From Escherichia phage vB_EcoP-CC1, in the sequence record OX457022: a stretch of DNA of 44,532 nt. One strand, written 5' to 3'. The notes beneath the pieces are model-generated. The model ran no database searches, had not been told where the DNA came from, and worked only from the letters and a program-made list of their open reading frames with translations. The position numbers were made by a program, and so were the translations under genes. This document shows positions 1-9,481 of this stretch, one piece after another; the first letter of the stretch is position 1, and each line of letters starts with the position of its first letter.

Positions 1-127
1 CATGTGCTGAAGGAGTGGCCTACATGCGACCAAACTTCGACTTCGGAGCTACAGTATCGGAAGACAATAATCTCATCCTGTGGCCGACTGAAGGTGAGAG
101 AATCGCTCTCATAGATGCTGACATGTT
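1..127. repeat. terminal overlap of the contig (identical to 44406-44532)
   Basis: Exact 127-nt identity between window start and end; consistent with a circular or concatemeric assembly opened inside the exonuclease gene. Confidence 0.95.
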
Positions 128-1052
128 ACCTTATATCGTAGGGTACACAATCAGTGACATGACTTATGTACGAGCCACAACTCGTGTTAAGTCAGGACAA
201 GTCCAATCAATCAAAGATACACCTGAGTGTAAGCAAGCATGTGACCGTGTGAACTCCTTGCTTAACTCTTGGGTGTATGCAGCAGAGTGTGATGCAGCTA
301 AGCTATTCATGACAAAATCAGAAGCTAACTTCCGTGTTCGCCTAGCATTCACCAAGCCTTATAAGGGTCAACGTAAGACCGAGAAGCCTCCATTCTTCTA
401 TGAATTACGAGAGCATCTCTTAGAGGTGCATGGTGCAATCTTGGCTGATGGTGAGGAAGCAGATGACCTAATGAGCATCGCACAATGGGACAGCCATCGC
501 CGCTTCCAGCAAGATACAGGTAACGAGTTCCCTATCGGTAGTCCAGAGCATAAAGCATTCTCTGATACTTGCATCGTTTCCTTAGATAAGGATTTGATGA
601 TTGTTCCCGGTTGGCATCTACTGCCGGGAGGTGAGAAGAAATGGGTAGAGCCTATGGGTTGGCTTGAGCTACGCCGCAAGGCTAATGGTCAAGTGAAAGA
701 CCTTAAAGGTGCTGGCCTCATGTTCCATTATGCACAGATGATTATCGGTGATGACATAGATAATTATGCTGGCATACCTGGGCGTGGAGCTAAATATGCC
801 TATGATCTTCTCAAAGATTGCAAGACAGAGAAAGAGTTGTACATGGCAGTGCTTGGTGCTTACAAGGCTAAGTTCGGACATGGACAAGTTAAGATTAAGA
901 ATTACCGAGGTGGTTATCGTATCGGCAAGGCTTTTGATCTCATGCTTGAATGTGGTCGCCTAGCTCACATGGCGAGATTCAAAGGTGATATCTGGAGGGC
1001 TGATAAGAATGAAATCTTATGGGGAGAAGGTGATGGATGGCTAGTAAACTAA
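24..1052 (+). CDS. 5'-3' exonuclease (T7 gene 6-like, FEN/H3TH family)
   Basis: ATG at 24 with AGGAG 8 nt upstream (ORF track begins at GTG 15); H3TH-like motif GDDIDNYAGIPGRGAKYA; sits beside endonuclease and ligase. Confidence 0.8.
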   Translation: MRPNFDFGATVSEDNNLILWPTEGERIALIDADMLPYIVGYTISDMTYVRATTRVKSGQVQSIKDTPECKQACDRVNSLLNSWVYAAECDAAKLFMTKSEANFRVRLAFTKPYKGQRKTEKPPFFYELREHLLEVHGAILADGEEADDLMSIAQWDSHRRFQQDTGNEFPIGSPEHKAFSDTCIVSLDKDLMIVPGWHLLPGGEKKWVEPMGWLELRRKANGQVKDLKGAGLMFHYAQMIIGDDIDNYAGIPGRGAKYAYDLLKDCKTEKELYMAVLGAYKAKFGHGQVKIKNYRGGYRIGKAFDLMLECGRLAHMARFKGDIWRADKNEILWGEGDGWLVN

Positions 1053-1447
1053 AATCTTCAGAGGTGGCAGCTTATAAGAAAGAGCTTATGGAGAAGCAAG
1101 GTTGGAAGTGTCCTCTGTGCGGAGGCAGCCTTAAGGCAGTAAGTCCTATCAACCGTGTACTTGACCATGATCATGAGACAGGTTTCTGTCGTGCTGTTGT
1201 GTGTCGTGGCTGCAACGGTGCAGAAGGAAAGATTAAGGGTGTTATATCTGGCTACGGAAAGGCAGGTAATAACCGCTACTTCCAACTACAATGGTTAGAA
1301 CGCCTGTATAACTACTGGAAGTTGCATAGTACACCTCAGACAGATAAGTTATATCATAATCATAAAACGGAGGCAGAGAAACGAGAGGCTAAAAATCGTA
1401 AGGCTCGCCTGGCTTATGCAAGAAAGAAGGAGGTTAAGAGTGGCTAA
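1037..1447 (+). CDS. endonuclease VII-like Holliday-junction resolvase
   Basis: 136 aa; Cys/His motifs CPLCGG and LDHDHETGFCRAVVCRGCNG typical of the endo VII/HNH-like family; overlaps exonuclease stop. Confidence 0.7.
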   Translation: MASKLKSSEVAAYKKELMEKQGWKCPLCGGSLKAVSPINRVLDHDHETGFCRAVVCRGCNGAEGKIKGVISGYGKAGNNRYFQLQWLERLYNYWKLHSTPQTDKLYHNHKTEAEKREAKNRKARLAYARKKEVKSG

Positions 1448-2447
1448 ACTTCGTAGCCTTTATAAAGACTCCGAGGTGCTTGATGCAATCGAGCAAGCTA
1501 CCGACGAGAAAGGTAATGTTAACTATAATGAGATGGCGAAGGTTCTATCTAGCCACCCTGTGGGTAAGAAGATCACCCGTCAACTTGCTCGCTACTGGCA
1601 TGGTCAATTCAAGAAGACCAAGAAGAATGGTGATTATTACCAGACTCTTCTGCAAGAGGATAAGCGTATCAAAGAAGAGCGTAAGCTCAGGACTCCTGAC
1701 CGCTACGAGGATTTGGCTATTGTACCATTGCCTGACTCGCCTCATCGAAGTGTACTGGTAATCCCTGATACTCATGCACCTTATGAGCACCCAGATACCT
1801 TAGAGTTCCTTGCAGCAGTGGCAGCACGTTATCGACCAGACACAGTGGTACATCTTGGAGATGAGGCAGATAAACATGCCCTGTCATTCCATGATTCGGA
1901 TCCAAATTTGGACAGTGCTGGCATGGAGTTAGAGAAGGCTCGTGTCTTCATGCACAAGTTGCACAAGATGTTCCCTGTGATGCGCCTGTGTCACTCTAAC
2001 CACGGATCTATGCATTTCCGTAAAGCGAGCGCCAAGGGTATTCCTGTGCAATACCTGCGTACCTATCGTGAAGTCTTCTTCCCGAATGGAGGTGGCGACC
2101 AGTGGGACTGGCAGCATACTCATGTGCTTGAGTTGCCGAATGGCGAACAGGTGGCATTCAAGCACCAACCTGCTGGTTCTGTCCTAGCAGATGCAGCGCA
2201 TGAGCGCATGAACCTAGTGTGTGGACATTTGCATGGTAAGATGTCGGTAGAGTATGCACGTAATACACATGAACAGTATTGGGCTGTGCAGGGTGGCTGT
2301 CTGATTGATGAGTCCTCTCGTGCATTTGCCTATGGTCGTGAGTCTAAATACAAGCCAGCATTAGGTTGTGTGGTTATTCTGGAAGGTGTGCCTCATATTG
2401 TCCCGATGCAGACCAATAGTGACAATCGCTGGATTGGTAAGATTTAG
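1416..2447 (+). CDS. calcineurin-like metallophosphoesterase
   Basis: Ordered signature motifs IPDTHAPY (DxH), HLGDEADKH (GDxxD), CHSNHGSMH (GNH-like), CGHLHGK; alternative GTG start at 1440 has AAGGAGG 7 nt upstream. Confidence 0.8.
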   Translation: MQERRRLRVAKLRSLYKDSEVLDAIEQATDEKGNVNYNEMAKVLSSHPVGKKITRQLARYWHGQFKKTKKNGDYYQTLLQEDKRIKEERKLRTPDRYEDLAIVPLPDSPHRSVLVIPDTHAPYEHPDTLEFLAAVAARYRPDTVVHLGDEADKHALSFHDSDPNLDSAGMELEKARVFMHKLHKMFPVMRLCHSNHGSMHFRKASAKGIPVQYLRTYREVFFPNGGGDQWDWQHTHVLELPNGEQVAFKHQPAGSVLADAAHERMNLVCGHLHGKMSVEYARNTHEQYWAVQGGCLIDESSRAFAYGRESKYKPALGCVVILEGVPHIVPMQTNSDNRWIGKI

Positions 2448-2463
2448 TTGACACTATAGAACA
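2442..2463 (+). promoter_or_regulatory. phage RNAP promoter, SP6-type variant (ATTTAGTTGACACTATAGAAC), +1 G at 2459
   Basis: Matches core GACACTATAG of the promoter family; -12 to -10 is GTT rather than the class I CTG/CCG. Confidence 0.6.
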
Positions 2464-2515
2464 AAGGGCAGGTAATGTCTTGCCCTTGATTGTATAGTGA
2501 ATGGAGGAATTAATT

Positions 2516-3001
2516 ATGTCAGAGACTGATATTAGAAAGATTGATATTGGAGAGTACGTCGTACGCCGTGCAGCTTACCGAGATGCCAACTGGAATAAAC
2601 TGTGTGAAAGACTAAACAAGAAACCAGATGAGGTATTCAAAGTATCCAGTGCAGAACCTAATTATAACTCTATCATGTTAGAAGGTGTTGAGAAGCGCGA
2701 ATGGTATGCGCCTTACTTCCATGTTGTTGACTCATTGCAAGGTGAAGAACCTAACACGTTGGACAACAATATGGTTACTAAGCCGAAGCACTATGAGTTC
2801 TTCGAAGGTGTAGAAGCGATTACTATCATTGCCCGCAGCATGACCGAGAAGCAATTCGCTGGCTATTGCATGGGTAATGCTTTGAAGTACCGCCTACGTG
2901 CAGGTAAGAAGTTCAACACTGAAGAAGACCTGAAGAAAGCAGACTACTATAAGGAGTTATTCCAGAAGCATCGTCACGAATGTATTGATGAGGATATTTG
3001 A
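2516..3001 (+). CDS. T7 gp1.7-like nucleotide (dNMP) kinase
   Basis: C-terminal half KPKHYEFFEGVEAITIIARSMTEKQFAGYCMGNALKYRLRAGKK...ADYYKELFQKH matches recalled C-terminus of T7 gene 1.7 protein; GGAGGA 8 nt upstream of ATG 2516. Confidence 0.55.
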   Translation: MSETDIRKIDIGEYVVRRAAYRDANWNKLCERLNKKPDEVFKVSSAEPNYNSIMLEGVEKREWYAPYFHVVDSLQGEEPNTLDNNMVTKPKHYEFFEGVEAITIIARSMTEKQFAGYCMGNALKYRLRAGKKFNTEEDLKKADYYKELFQKHRHECIDEDI

Positions 3002-3002
3002 T

Positions 3003-3950
3003 ATGAATATCTTTGAGTTCCTAGGTCTTCCAGAAGATCACCGCAACCACCCATTCATGTTGGTGAAACATCGTGGTGAAGTCCCTGAGAAGAAATTAAC
3101 CTTTCCATGTTATGCACAGGTGAAACGAGATGGAATATTCAGTGCTGTTGTGGTGCGTAATGATGGTGCTGTTGCCATCTTTGGTCGTACTGGTAAGAAG
3201 CTCGCAAATGTTGAAGCCTTGGAAAAGACATTTAGTGTATTTCCTGTCGGGTTGTATCTTGGTGAGTTGCAATCTATGGCTGTTGATGTTTATCTTGAAG
3301 CTCTATCAGGAGTGGTAAACCCTAATCGTACAGAGCCACTTGATTTCATAGGCCAGCAGATTAAAGACAACCTGTATATCGACTTCTTCGATATGTTAAC
3401 CATTAAGGCATTCCATGATGGATTCACTGATGTTTCTTATCTCAAACGTTACGATGCTTTACATCGTCGCATCGGCACTCATCTTAGCGGGTACAACGCT
3501 ATTCTTCCTATTACTCCTTGCCATAATGAGAGAGAGGTTGAAGCGTTTGCTCAAGAGCAAATAGATGCAGGCCGAGAGGGTGCTGTCTTTAAACTTGACT
3601 GTGATTATGAAGCAGGCCATAAAGGATATCGTCAGACTAAAGAAGTCCGTAAGGTAACTTATGACCTTACTTGTATTGGCTTTGAAGAAGGCAAAGGTAA
3701 GTACAAGGGTAAGGTAGCTAACCTCATTTTCAAATGGAAAGGAGGCAAGACAATCAAAGCTATGCTAGGTAAGGGGTGGACTCATGCAGATGCAGAACAG
3801 ATGTTCCATGATATTAAACATGGCGGACGATTGAATGTCATTGGTAAAATCTTTGAAGTCAAAGGTCTTCAGGATTCAAGCAAGGGCAACATTCGTCAGC
3901 CCAAAGCGGGAGAATTAAGACATGACAAAGATGAACCAGATTTCTTTTGA
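3003..3950 (+). CDS. ATP-dependent DNA ligase
   Basis: Adenylation motif KxDG present as VKRDGIFSAVV; ~315 aa; ORF track start 2985, likely start ATG 3003. Confidence 0.8.
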   Translation: MNIFEFLGLPEDHRNHPFMLVKHRGEVPEKKLTFPCYAQVKRDGIFSAVVVRNDGAVAIFGRTGKKLANVEALEKTFSVFPVGLYLGELQSMAVDVYLEALSGVVNPNRTEPLDFIGQQIKDNLYIDFFDMLTIKAFHDGFTDVSYLKRYDALHRRIGTHLSGYNAILPITPCHNEREVEAFAQEQIDAGREGAVFKLDCDYEAGHKGYRQTKEVRKVTYDLTCIGFEEGKGKYKGKVANLIFKWKGGKTIKAMLGKGWTHADAEQMFHDIKHGGRLNVIGKIFEVKGLQDSSKGNIRQPKAGELRHDKDEPDFF

Positions 3951-4137
3951 TAGTATGAAGGCGACTCGTGCTGTTGAGGTAGCAGAAGCTATCTTTGAAA
4001 CTTTATCTTGCGGCATGGAAGTGCCATATACTTTACTGGCTGATGCAGAAGAACTTGGTCTTTCTGTAGAAGCTATCCAAGAGAAAGTTGAGGAACTCTA
4101 TGGTACAGACGAAGAAGAAACCGACGATTTCATTTGA
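3922..4137 (+). CDS. hypothetical small acidic protein
   Basis: 71-codon ORF, GGGAGA 8 nt upstream of ATG; overlaps ligase 3' end; acidic C-terminus. Confidence 0.4.
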   Translation: MTKMNQISFDSMKATRAVEVAEAIFETLSCGMEVPYTLLADAEELGLSVEAIQEKVEELYGTDEEETDDFI

Positions 4138-4141
4138 GGGG

Positions 4142-4270
4142 ATGGAGATGCTTGAGATGATTCTCAAGCCTTCTTCTCCGAAAGTAACTAAGACTCATGA
4201 AGAGTTAATCGTAGATGAAGTGAAGCGTTACATTATGGATTGTGTCAAGGCACAACTGGTAGTCCAATGA
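4142..4270 (+). CDS. hypothetical protein (about 42 aa)
   Basis: Short ORF filling gap between flanking genes; start uncertain (ORF track 4088). Confidence 0.25.
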   Translation: MEMLEMILKPSSPKVTKTHEELIVDEVKRYIMDCVKAQLVVQ

Positions 4271-4728
4271 TACGTCAAGCATCTTTCTTAGATATACCTG
4301 AGATTATTAATCTAGGCGACAAGTATGTAGAAGAGGAAGTTAAGGTAGTAGCACACCACTCTCCTTCATGGAATGCAGAACAAAGCGCAGCAAACCTGTG
4401 TGCATCTCTTGTCCGAGATGATTTATTCTTATGGGTTGCTGTAGATGAGGGAATCATTGTAGGATTCCTATGGGCTGGGTATCATGACTTAGCACCTTGG
4501 ACACCAGTGCGTGTTGCATCTGATATTCTTTTCTACATCGTACCAGAGAAGCGTGGCACTCTCTTAGGAATGAGACTTATCAAAGCCTATAAGCAATGGG
4601 CTTTTGAGAAGGAATGTGCTGAAGTGAGACTGTCTATTGCCTCTGGTATCAATGAAGAGCGTGTTGGGCGTATGTATGAGCGGTTAGGCTTTGAGACGTT
4701 CGGCACTGTGTATAACCTGAAACTTTAA
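4267..4728 (+). CDS. hypothetical protein, possible GNAT-like acetyltransferase
   Basis: 153 aa; VPEKRGTLLGMRLI and C-terminal YERLGFE resemble GNAT motif A and C-terminal signature; weak, unverified. Confidence 0.4.
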   Translation: MIRQASFLDIPEIINLGDKYVEEEVKVVAHHSPSWNAEQSAANLCASLVRDDLFLWVAVDEGIIVGFLWAGYHDLAPWTPVRVASDILFYIVPEKRGTLLGMRLIKAYKQWAFEKECAEVRLSIASGINEERVGRMYERLGFETFGTVYNLKL

Positions 4729-4737
4729 GGAGGCAAT

Positions 4738-4947
4738 ATGGGTGTCGTGAAGAAGGCATTTAAAGCAATTGGTCTTGCACCTGAGACGCCGAAAATTGAG
4801 GCGGCTAAGACTCCGGCACAACAGTTAGCGCGTGAACCGGAGACTACGGCAGAGGATATTACATTAGGCCAAGATGATAGCGCAACTGCTGCGGCACGTG
4901 GCAAGCGTGGCCTGATTCGTCCAGTGGCATCGAGCTTAGGGGTTTAA
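4738..4947 (+). CDS. small Ala/Pro/Thr-rich protein, possibly virion-associated
   Basis: 69 aa; AAGGAGG RBS 7 nt upstream; immediately precedes portal gene (position of small head proteins in T7-like genomes). Confidence 0.45.
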   Translation: MGVVKKAFKAIGLAPETPKIEAAKTPAQQLAREPETTAEDITLGQDDSATAAARGKRGLIRPVASSLGV

Positions 4948-4948
4948 T

Positions 4949-6499
4949 ATGATGCAAGACACCGACCTTGAGTATGGTGGAAAGCGGTCGAAGATACCTA
5001 AGTTGTGGGAGAAGCTATCTACTAAGCGCAGTCCTTTCATGGACAGGGCAAAGCACTATGCGAGGTTGACTTTGCCATACCTCATGAATGAGGAGGGAGA
5101 CAACAATACTTCTCAGAATGGGTGGCAAGGTGTAGGTGCACAGGCCACTAACCACTTAGCTAACAAGTTAGCACAAGTTCTCTTCCCTGCTCAACGCTCT
5201 TTCTTCCGAGTTGACTTGACAGCAAAAGGGGAGAAGATATTAAACAACAGAGGTCTTAAGAAGACCAAATTAGCTACGCTGTTTGCTCAAGTAGAGACTG
5301 CTGCTATGAAGCAACTAGAGCAGCGGCAGTTCCGCCCAGCGGTGGTAGAATGCTTCAAGCATTTGATTGTTGCAGGTAACTGTATGCTGTACAAGCCAAG
5401 CAAGGGTGCAATCAGTGCGATACCTATGCATCACTATGTAGTTAATCGAGATGCTAATGGGGAACTGCTGGATATTATCTTACTACAAGAGAAGGCGCTA
5501 AAGACATTCGACCCTGCAACTCGCATGGCTATTGAAGTAGGCATGAAAGGTAAGAAGTGCAAAGACAGTGATAATGTAAAACTCTACACACACGCCAAGT
5601 ATGAGGGTGAAGGTTTTTGGGAATTAAATCAATCAGCAGATGATATTCCTATTGGTAAATCTAGCAGAATCAAGGCTGATAAACTCCCATTCATCCCTCT
5701 TACTTGGAAGAGGTCTTATGGAGAAGATTGGGGTCGCCCTCTTGCAGAGGATTATTCTGGAGATTTATTCGTAATCCAATTCCTGTCTGAAGCGGTTGCG
5801 CGTGGCGCTGCTTTGATGGCCGACATTAAATACCTGATTCGTCCAGGTGCTCAGACAGATGTAGACCACTTTGTTAACTCAGGAACAGGCGAAGTAATCA
5901 CTGGTGTGGAAGAGGACATCCATATCGTACAACTAGGCAAGTATGCAGACCTAACACCAATAAGTGCTGTACTAGAGGTTTATACCAGACGCATCGGCGT
6001 AGTCTTTATGATGGAGACTATGACACGACGAGATGCAGAACGTGTAACTGCTGTAGAGATACAGCGAGATGCTCTTGAGATTGAGCAGAACATGGGTGGC
6101 GTATACTCACTCTTTGCTACGACTATGCAGACACCCGTGGCTATGTGGGGTTTGCTTGATGCCGGAGACTCTTTCACCAGTGACCTAGTAGATCCTGTTA
6201 TCATCACAGGTATTGAAGCATTAGGTCGCATGGCAGAGTTGGATAAGCTGGCTAACTTCGCTCAGTATATGGCATTACCTATGAGTTGGCCTGAGCCAGT
6301 ACAGGCAGCGGTGAACTGGCCTGATTATATGGATTGGGTTCGTGGTCAGATCTCCGCTGAACTTCCATTCCTAAAATCAGAAGAGCAGATGAAGAAAGAG
6401 CAAGCACAGATGGCACAAGCACAGCAAGAGCAGATGCTTAATGAAGGAGTAGCTAAAGCTGTACCTGGTGTCATTCAACAAGAACTTAAGGAGGCGTAA
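4949..6499 (+). CDS. head-to-tail connector (portal) protein
   Basis: 516 aa; position before scaffold/capsid; segments WQGVGAQATNHLANKL and ERVTAVEIQ resemble recalled T7 gp8 WQAVGARGLNNLASKL / ERVTAEEIR. Confidence 0.9.
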   Translation: MMQDTDLEYGGKRSKIPKLWEKLSTKRSPFMDRAKHYARLTLPYLMNEEGDNNTSQNGWQGVGAQATNHLANKLAQVLFPAQRSFFRVDLTAKGEKILNNRGLKKTKLATLFAQVETAAMKQLEQRQFRPAVVECFKHLIVAGNCMLYKPSKGAISAIPMHHYVVNRDANGELLDIILLQEKALKTFDPATRMAIEVGMKGKKCKDSDNVKLYTHAKYEGEGFWELNQSADDIPIGKSSRIKADKLPFIPLTWKRSYGEDWGRPLAEDYSGDLFVIQFLSEAVARGAALMADIKYLIRPGAQTDVDHFVNSGTGEVITGVEEDIHIVQLGKYADLTPISAVLEVYTRRIGVVFMMETMTRRDAERVTAVEIQRDALEIEQNMGGVYSLFATTMQTPVAMWGLLDAGDSFTSDLVDPVIITGIEALGRMAELDKLANFAQYMALPMSWPEPVQAAVNWPDYMDWVRGQISAELPFLKSEEQMKKEQAQMAQAQQEQMLNEGVAKAVPGVIQQELKEA

Positions 6500-7407
6500 T
6501 GTCTTTTGAAATTATTAATGAACCTGTAAGTCAGTCTGACGTTACTGAACCTAAGGAGGTTGCTGATGTTACTACTACCGACACTGATTCTACTGTTGAT
6601 TCTTCTGGCAGCGATGTACAAGCTGACACAGGCAGTGCAGACGTACAAGACACCGGAGGAGCTGATATTGGAGGAGATGCAGGACAAGGAGAAGCATCTA
6701 GTGGATCGGATGATAAACCTGAGCCAGATGGTTCCTCGGACGAAGATGTACGATTCTTCTTTGGCGAACAAGAAGTAGAGATTGAAATCCCTGAAGATGT
6801 CTCCTCTGCCTTGAAAGAGAAAGGCATTGATGCAATGCAGGTAGCCAAGGAGCTTTACGGTGAAGGTGGCAAGTTTGAACTTACGGAAGAGACAAAGCAG
6901 AAGCTGTATGATGCATTTGGCAAGTTCGCAGTAGACGCTTATCTGAATGGACTGAAAGCATCTAACGAGGCATTCCTGATTAAATCTGAAGCTCAAGCTA
7001 AAGAAGCAGAAGCAGCAGATGCCCAACGCTTTACCGATATTGCATCGGAAGTTGGCGGAGAAGAAGGCTGGTCACGACTAGAAGAGTGGGCGCTAGAGAC
7101 GCTGTCTGATGAAGAATTAGCAGCCTTCAATGCAGTGATGGCCTCAGGTAATCAGTACCTGCAACAGTATGCTGTGCGTGAGCTGGAAGGTCGCCGTAAG
7201 CAAGCACAGGGCGATGACAAGCCATCATTGATTGAGCCGTCAGCACCTGCGAAGGCTAATGATGAGAACAGCCCACTTACGAGAGATCAGTATGTCCGAG
7301 CTATCGCAACTCTTAGCCAGAAATATGGTAATGACCGTAAAGCTATGGCGGAGGCTCAGGCGAAACTTGACGCTCGCCGTCGTGCTGGTATGGCTCGCGG
7401 ACTGTAA
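6499..7407 (+). CDS. capsid scaffolding protein
   Basis: 302 aa, highly acidic low-complexity N-terminal half, between portal and major capsid genes; start overlaps portal stop (TAATG). Confidence 0.75.
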   Translation: MSFEIINEPVSQSDVTEPKEVADVTTTDTDSTVDSSGSDVQADTGSADVQDTGGADIGGDAGQGEASSGSDDKPEPDGSSDEDVRFFFGEQEVEIEIPEDVSSALKEKGIDAMQVAKELYGEGGKFELTEETKQKLYDAFGKFAVDAYLNGLKASNEAFLIKSEAQAKEAEAADAQRFTDIASEVGGEEGWSRLEEWALETLSDEELAAFNAVMASGNQYLQQYAVRELEGRRKQAQGDDKPSLIEPSAPAKANDENSPLTRDQYVRAIATLSQKYGNDRKAMAEAQAKLDARRRAGMARGL

Positions 7408-7413
7408 TTCAGT

Positions 7414-7435
7414 ATTTACTGGACACTATAGAAGG
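7414..7435 (+). promoter_or_regulatory. phage RNAP promoter class I (ATTTACTGGACACTATAGAAGG), +1 G at 7431; capsid promoter
   Basis: Exact family consensus 55 nt upstream of capsid ATG. Confidence 0.85.
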
Positions 7436-7449
7436 GAGAAAACTCTCCC
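7434..7449 (+). promoter_or_regulatory. 5' leader stem-loop of capsid transcript (GGGAGA-AAAC-TCTCCC)
   Basis: 6-bp inverted repeat at transcript +4 to +19, followed by strong RBS TAAGGAGA; analogous to the T7 gene 10 leader hairpin. Confidence 0.5.
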
Positions 7450-7485
7450 TAGTTATCAATTTGATTTATAAGGAGATTATAATAC

Positions 7486-8685
7486 ATGTCTACACCGAAC
7501 ACTCTGACTAACGTTGCTGTGTCCGCATCTGGTGAGGTTGACAGCCTTCTTATTGAGAAGTTTAATGGTAAGGTAAACGAGCAGTACCTGAAAGGTGAGA
7601 ACATTCTGTCCTACTTTGATGTACAGACGGTAACTGGTACTAACACGGTTAGCAATAAATATTTAGGTGAAACTGAGTTGCAGGTGTTAGCACCGGGTCA
7701 GTCACCTAATGCTACTCCAACTCAGGCCGATAAAAACCAGTTGGTAATTGATACCACTGTGATCGCCCGTAACACCGTGGCACACATCCACGACGTACAG
7801 GGTGACATCGACAGCCTTAAGCCTAAGTTGGCTATGAACCAAGCCAAGCAACTGAAGCGTCTGGAAGACCAGATGGCAATCCAGCAGATGCTGTTAGGTG
7901 GCATCGCTAACACCAAAGCAAAGCGTAACAAACCTCGTGTAAAAGGACACGGCTTCTCTATCAACGTTAACGTGACTGAAAGTGAAGCACTGGCTAACCC
8001 GCAGTATGTCATGGCTGCTGTAGAATATGCTCTGGAGCAGCAGCTTGAACAGGAAGTGGATATCTCTGATGTAGCGATCCTGATGCCGTGGAAATTCTTC
8101 AACTCGCTGCGTGACGCAGACCGCATTGTAGATAAGACTTACACTATTAGTCAGTCCGGTGCTACTATCAGTGGCTTTGTTCTGTCTTCCTACAACTGCC
8201 CTGTTATCCCGTCTAACCGATTCCCGACATTTGTACAGAGTGCTCCACATCACTTACTGTCTAACGAAGATAACGGTTATCGTTATGACCCTACCGCAGA
8301 GATGAACGGCGCTGTAGCTGTGCTGTTTACTGCTGATGCATTGCTGGTAGGTCGCACCATTGAAGTAACAGGTGACATCTTCTATGAGAAGAAAGAGAAG
8401 ACTTACTATATTGATACCTTCATGGCTGAAGGTGCAATCCCTGACCGCTGGGAGGCTGTGTCTGTAGTTACTACTAAACGTAATGCAGGTACTGGTGCGG
8501 CTGACGGTGCAGGCGACGATCACGCAACCGTACTGGCTCGTGCACAGCGTAAGGCTGTCTACGTCAAGACCGCAGGTGCTGCCGCATTATCCGCCGCTAG
8601 CCTGCAAGCAGAAGACTTAGTAGCCGCTGTACGTGCTGTAATGGCTAATGACGTCAAGCCGACTGCACTGAAACCTACTGAGTAA
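7486..8685 (+). CDS. major capsid protein
   Basis: 399 aa; own strong promoter and RBS, followed by terminator; canonical position after scaffold gene. Confidence 0.85.
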   Translation: MSTPNTLTNVAVSASGEVDSLLIEKFNGKVNEQYLKGENILSYFDVQTVTGTNTVSNKYLGETELQVLAPGQSPNATPTQADKNQLVIDTTVIARNTVAHIHDVQGDIDSLKPKLAMNQAKQLKRLEDQMAIQQMLLGGIANTKAKRNKPRVKGHGFSINVNVTESEALANPQYVMAAVEYALEQQLEQEVDISDVAILMPWKFFNSLRDADRIVDKTYTISQSGATISGFVLSSYNCPVIPSNRFPTFVQSAPHHLLSNEDNGYRYDPTAEMNGAVAVLFTADALLVGRTIEVTGDIFYEKKEKTYYIDTFMAEGAIPDRWEAVSVVTTKRNAGTGAADGAGDDHATVLARAQRKAVYVKTAGAAALSAASLQAEDLVAAVRAVMANDVKPTALKPTE

Positions 8686-8694
8686 TAACCTATG

Positions 8695-8730
8695 CCCTAT
8701 CTACCTTGCGTAGGTAGGGTTCTTTTGTTT
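8695..8730 (+). terminator. T-phi-like transcription terminator after capsid gene
   Basis: 10-bp stem CCCTATCTAC/GTAGGTAGGG (one G-U pair), loop CTTGC, then TTCTTTTGTTT. Confidence 0.7.
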
Positions 8731-8740
8731 AGGAGGGTTC

Positions 8741-9481
8741 ATGCCTTTAATTCAAAATACAAGTGATGTTGGACGTATCATGGCTGAGGCTTCCTTCAAT
8801 ATCATTGATAGCAAACTGGAAGCAGTTAACCTGTGTATGCGAGCTATCGGTCGTGAGGGTGTGGATTCCCTTGACTCTGGCGACTTAGATGCTGAAGATG
8901 CTAATAAGATTATTGATATTGTCTCACAACGTTTCCAGTACAATAAAGGTGGTGGTTGGTGGTTTAACAGGGAACCTAATTGGCTGCTTAAACCTGATAC
9001 CAACGGCGAAGTGAATATGCCAAACAATTGCCTTGCGGTACTCCAGTGTTACGCCCTAGGTGAACGTAAAGTACCTATGACTATACGAGCAGGCAAGTTG
9101 TATTCTGTTTGGAATCACACTTTCGACATGTCAAAGTATGTGAATCAGGATGGGCGTATTAGGTTGACTCTGGTAACATTACTACCTTTTGAGCATCTAC
9201 CTGCAAGTGTTATGCAAGCTATTGCCTATCAAGCTGCCGTAGAGTTTATTGTGTCTAAGGATGCTGATAAGACTAAGTTACAAGCACACCAGCAGATCGC
9301 AGCACAGCTTATGATTGATGTTCAGTCAGAGCAGTCTTCTCAGAAGAGACTCAATATGCTTGTACATAACCCTACTCAGCGCAACTTCGGAATCATGGCA
9401 GGTGGCTCACAGAATGTACCAGCATTCTCCTATTCCCCTTATGATACTTACCCTGTAAGGCCGTGGGAGGTTGATCGCTGA
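8741..9481 (+). CDS. tail tubular protein A
   Basis: 246 aa directly after capsid and before large tail tube gene; RBS AGGAGGG. Confidence 0.75.
   Translation: MPLIQNTSDVGRIMAEASFNIIDSKLEAVNLCMRAIGREGVDSLDSGDLDAEDANKIIDIVSQRFQYNKGGGWWFNREPNWLLKPDTNGEVNMPNNCLAVLQCYALGERKVPMTIRAGKLYSVWNHTFDMSKYVNQDGRIRLTLVTLLPFEHLPASVMQAIAYQAAVEFIVSKDADKTKLQAHQQIAAQLMIDVQSEQSSQKRLNMLVHNPTQRNFGIMAGGSQNVPAFSYSPYDTYPVRPWEVDR

Noticed and set aside
6475-7026. 183-aa ORF on the minus strand inside the scaffold gene
   Set aside because: Antisense to a well-supported + strand gene, no RBS, low-complexity translation. No other T7-supergroup genes are on the minus strand here.
7894-8523. Minus-strand ORFs inside the major capsid gene
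   Set aside because: Embedded antisense in the most strongly supported gene; no translation signals.
8600-8740. Programmed frameshift producing a minor capsid (10B-like) extension
   Set aside because: The capsid stop is followed within 10 nt by the terminator hairpin and then the next gene's RBS; no extended alternative frame available.
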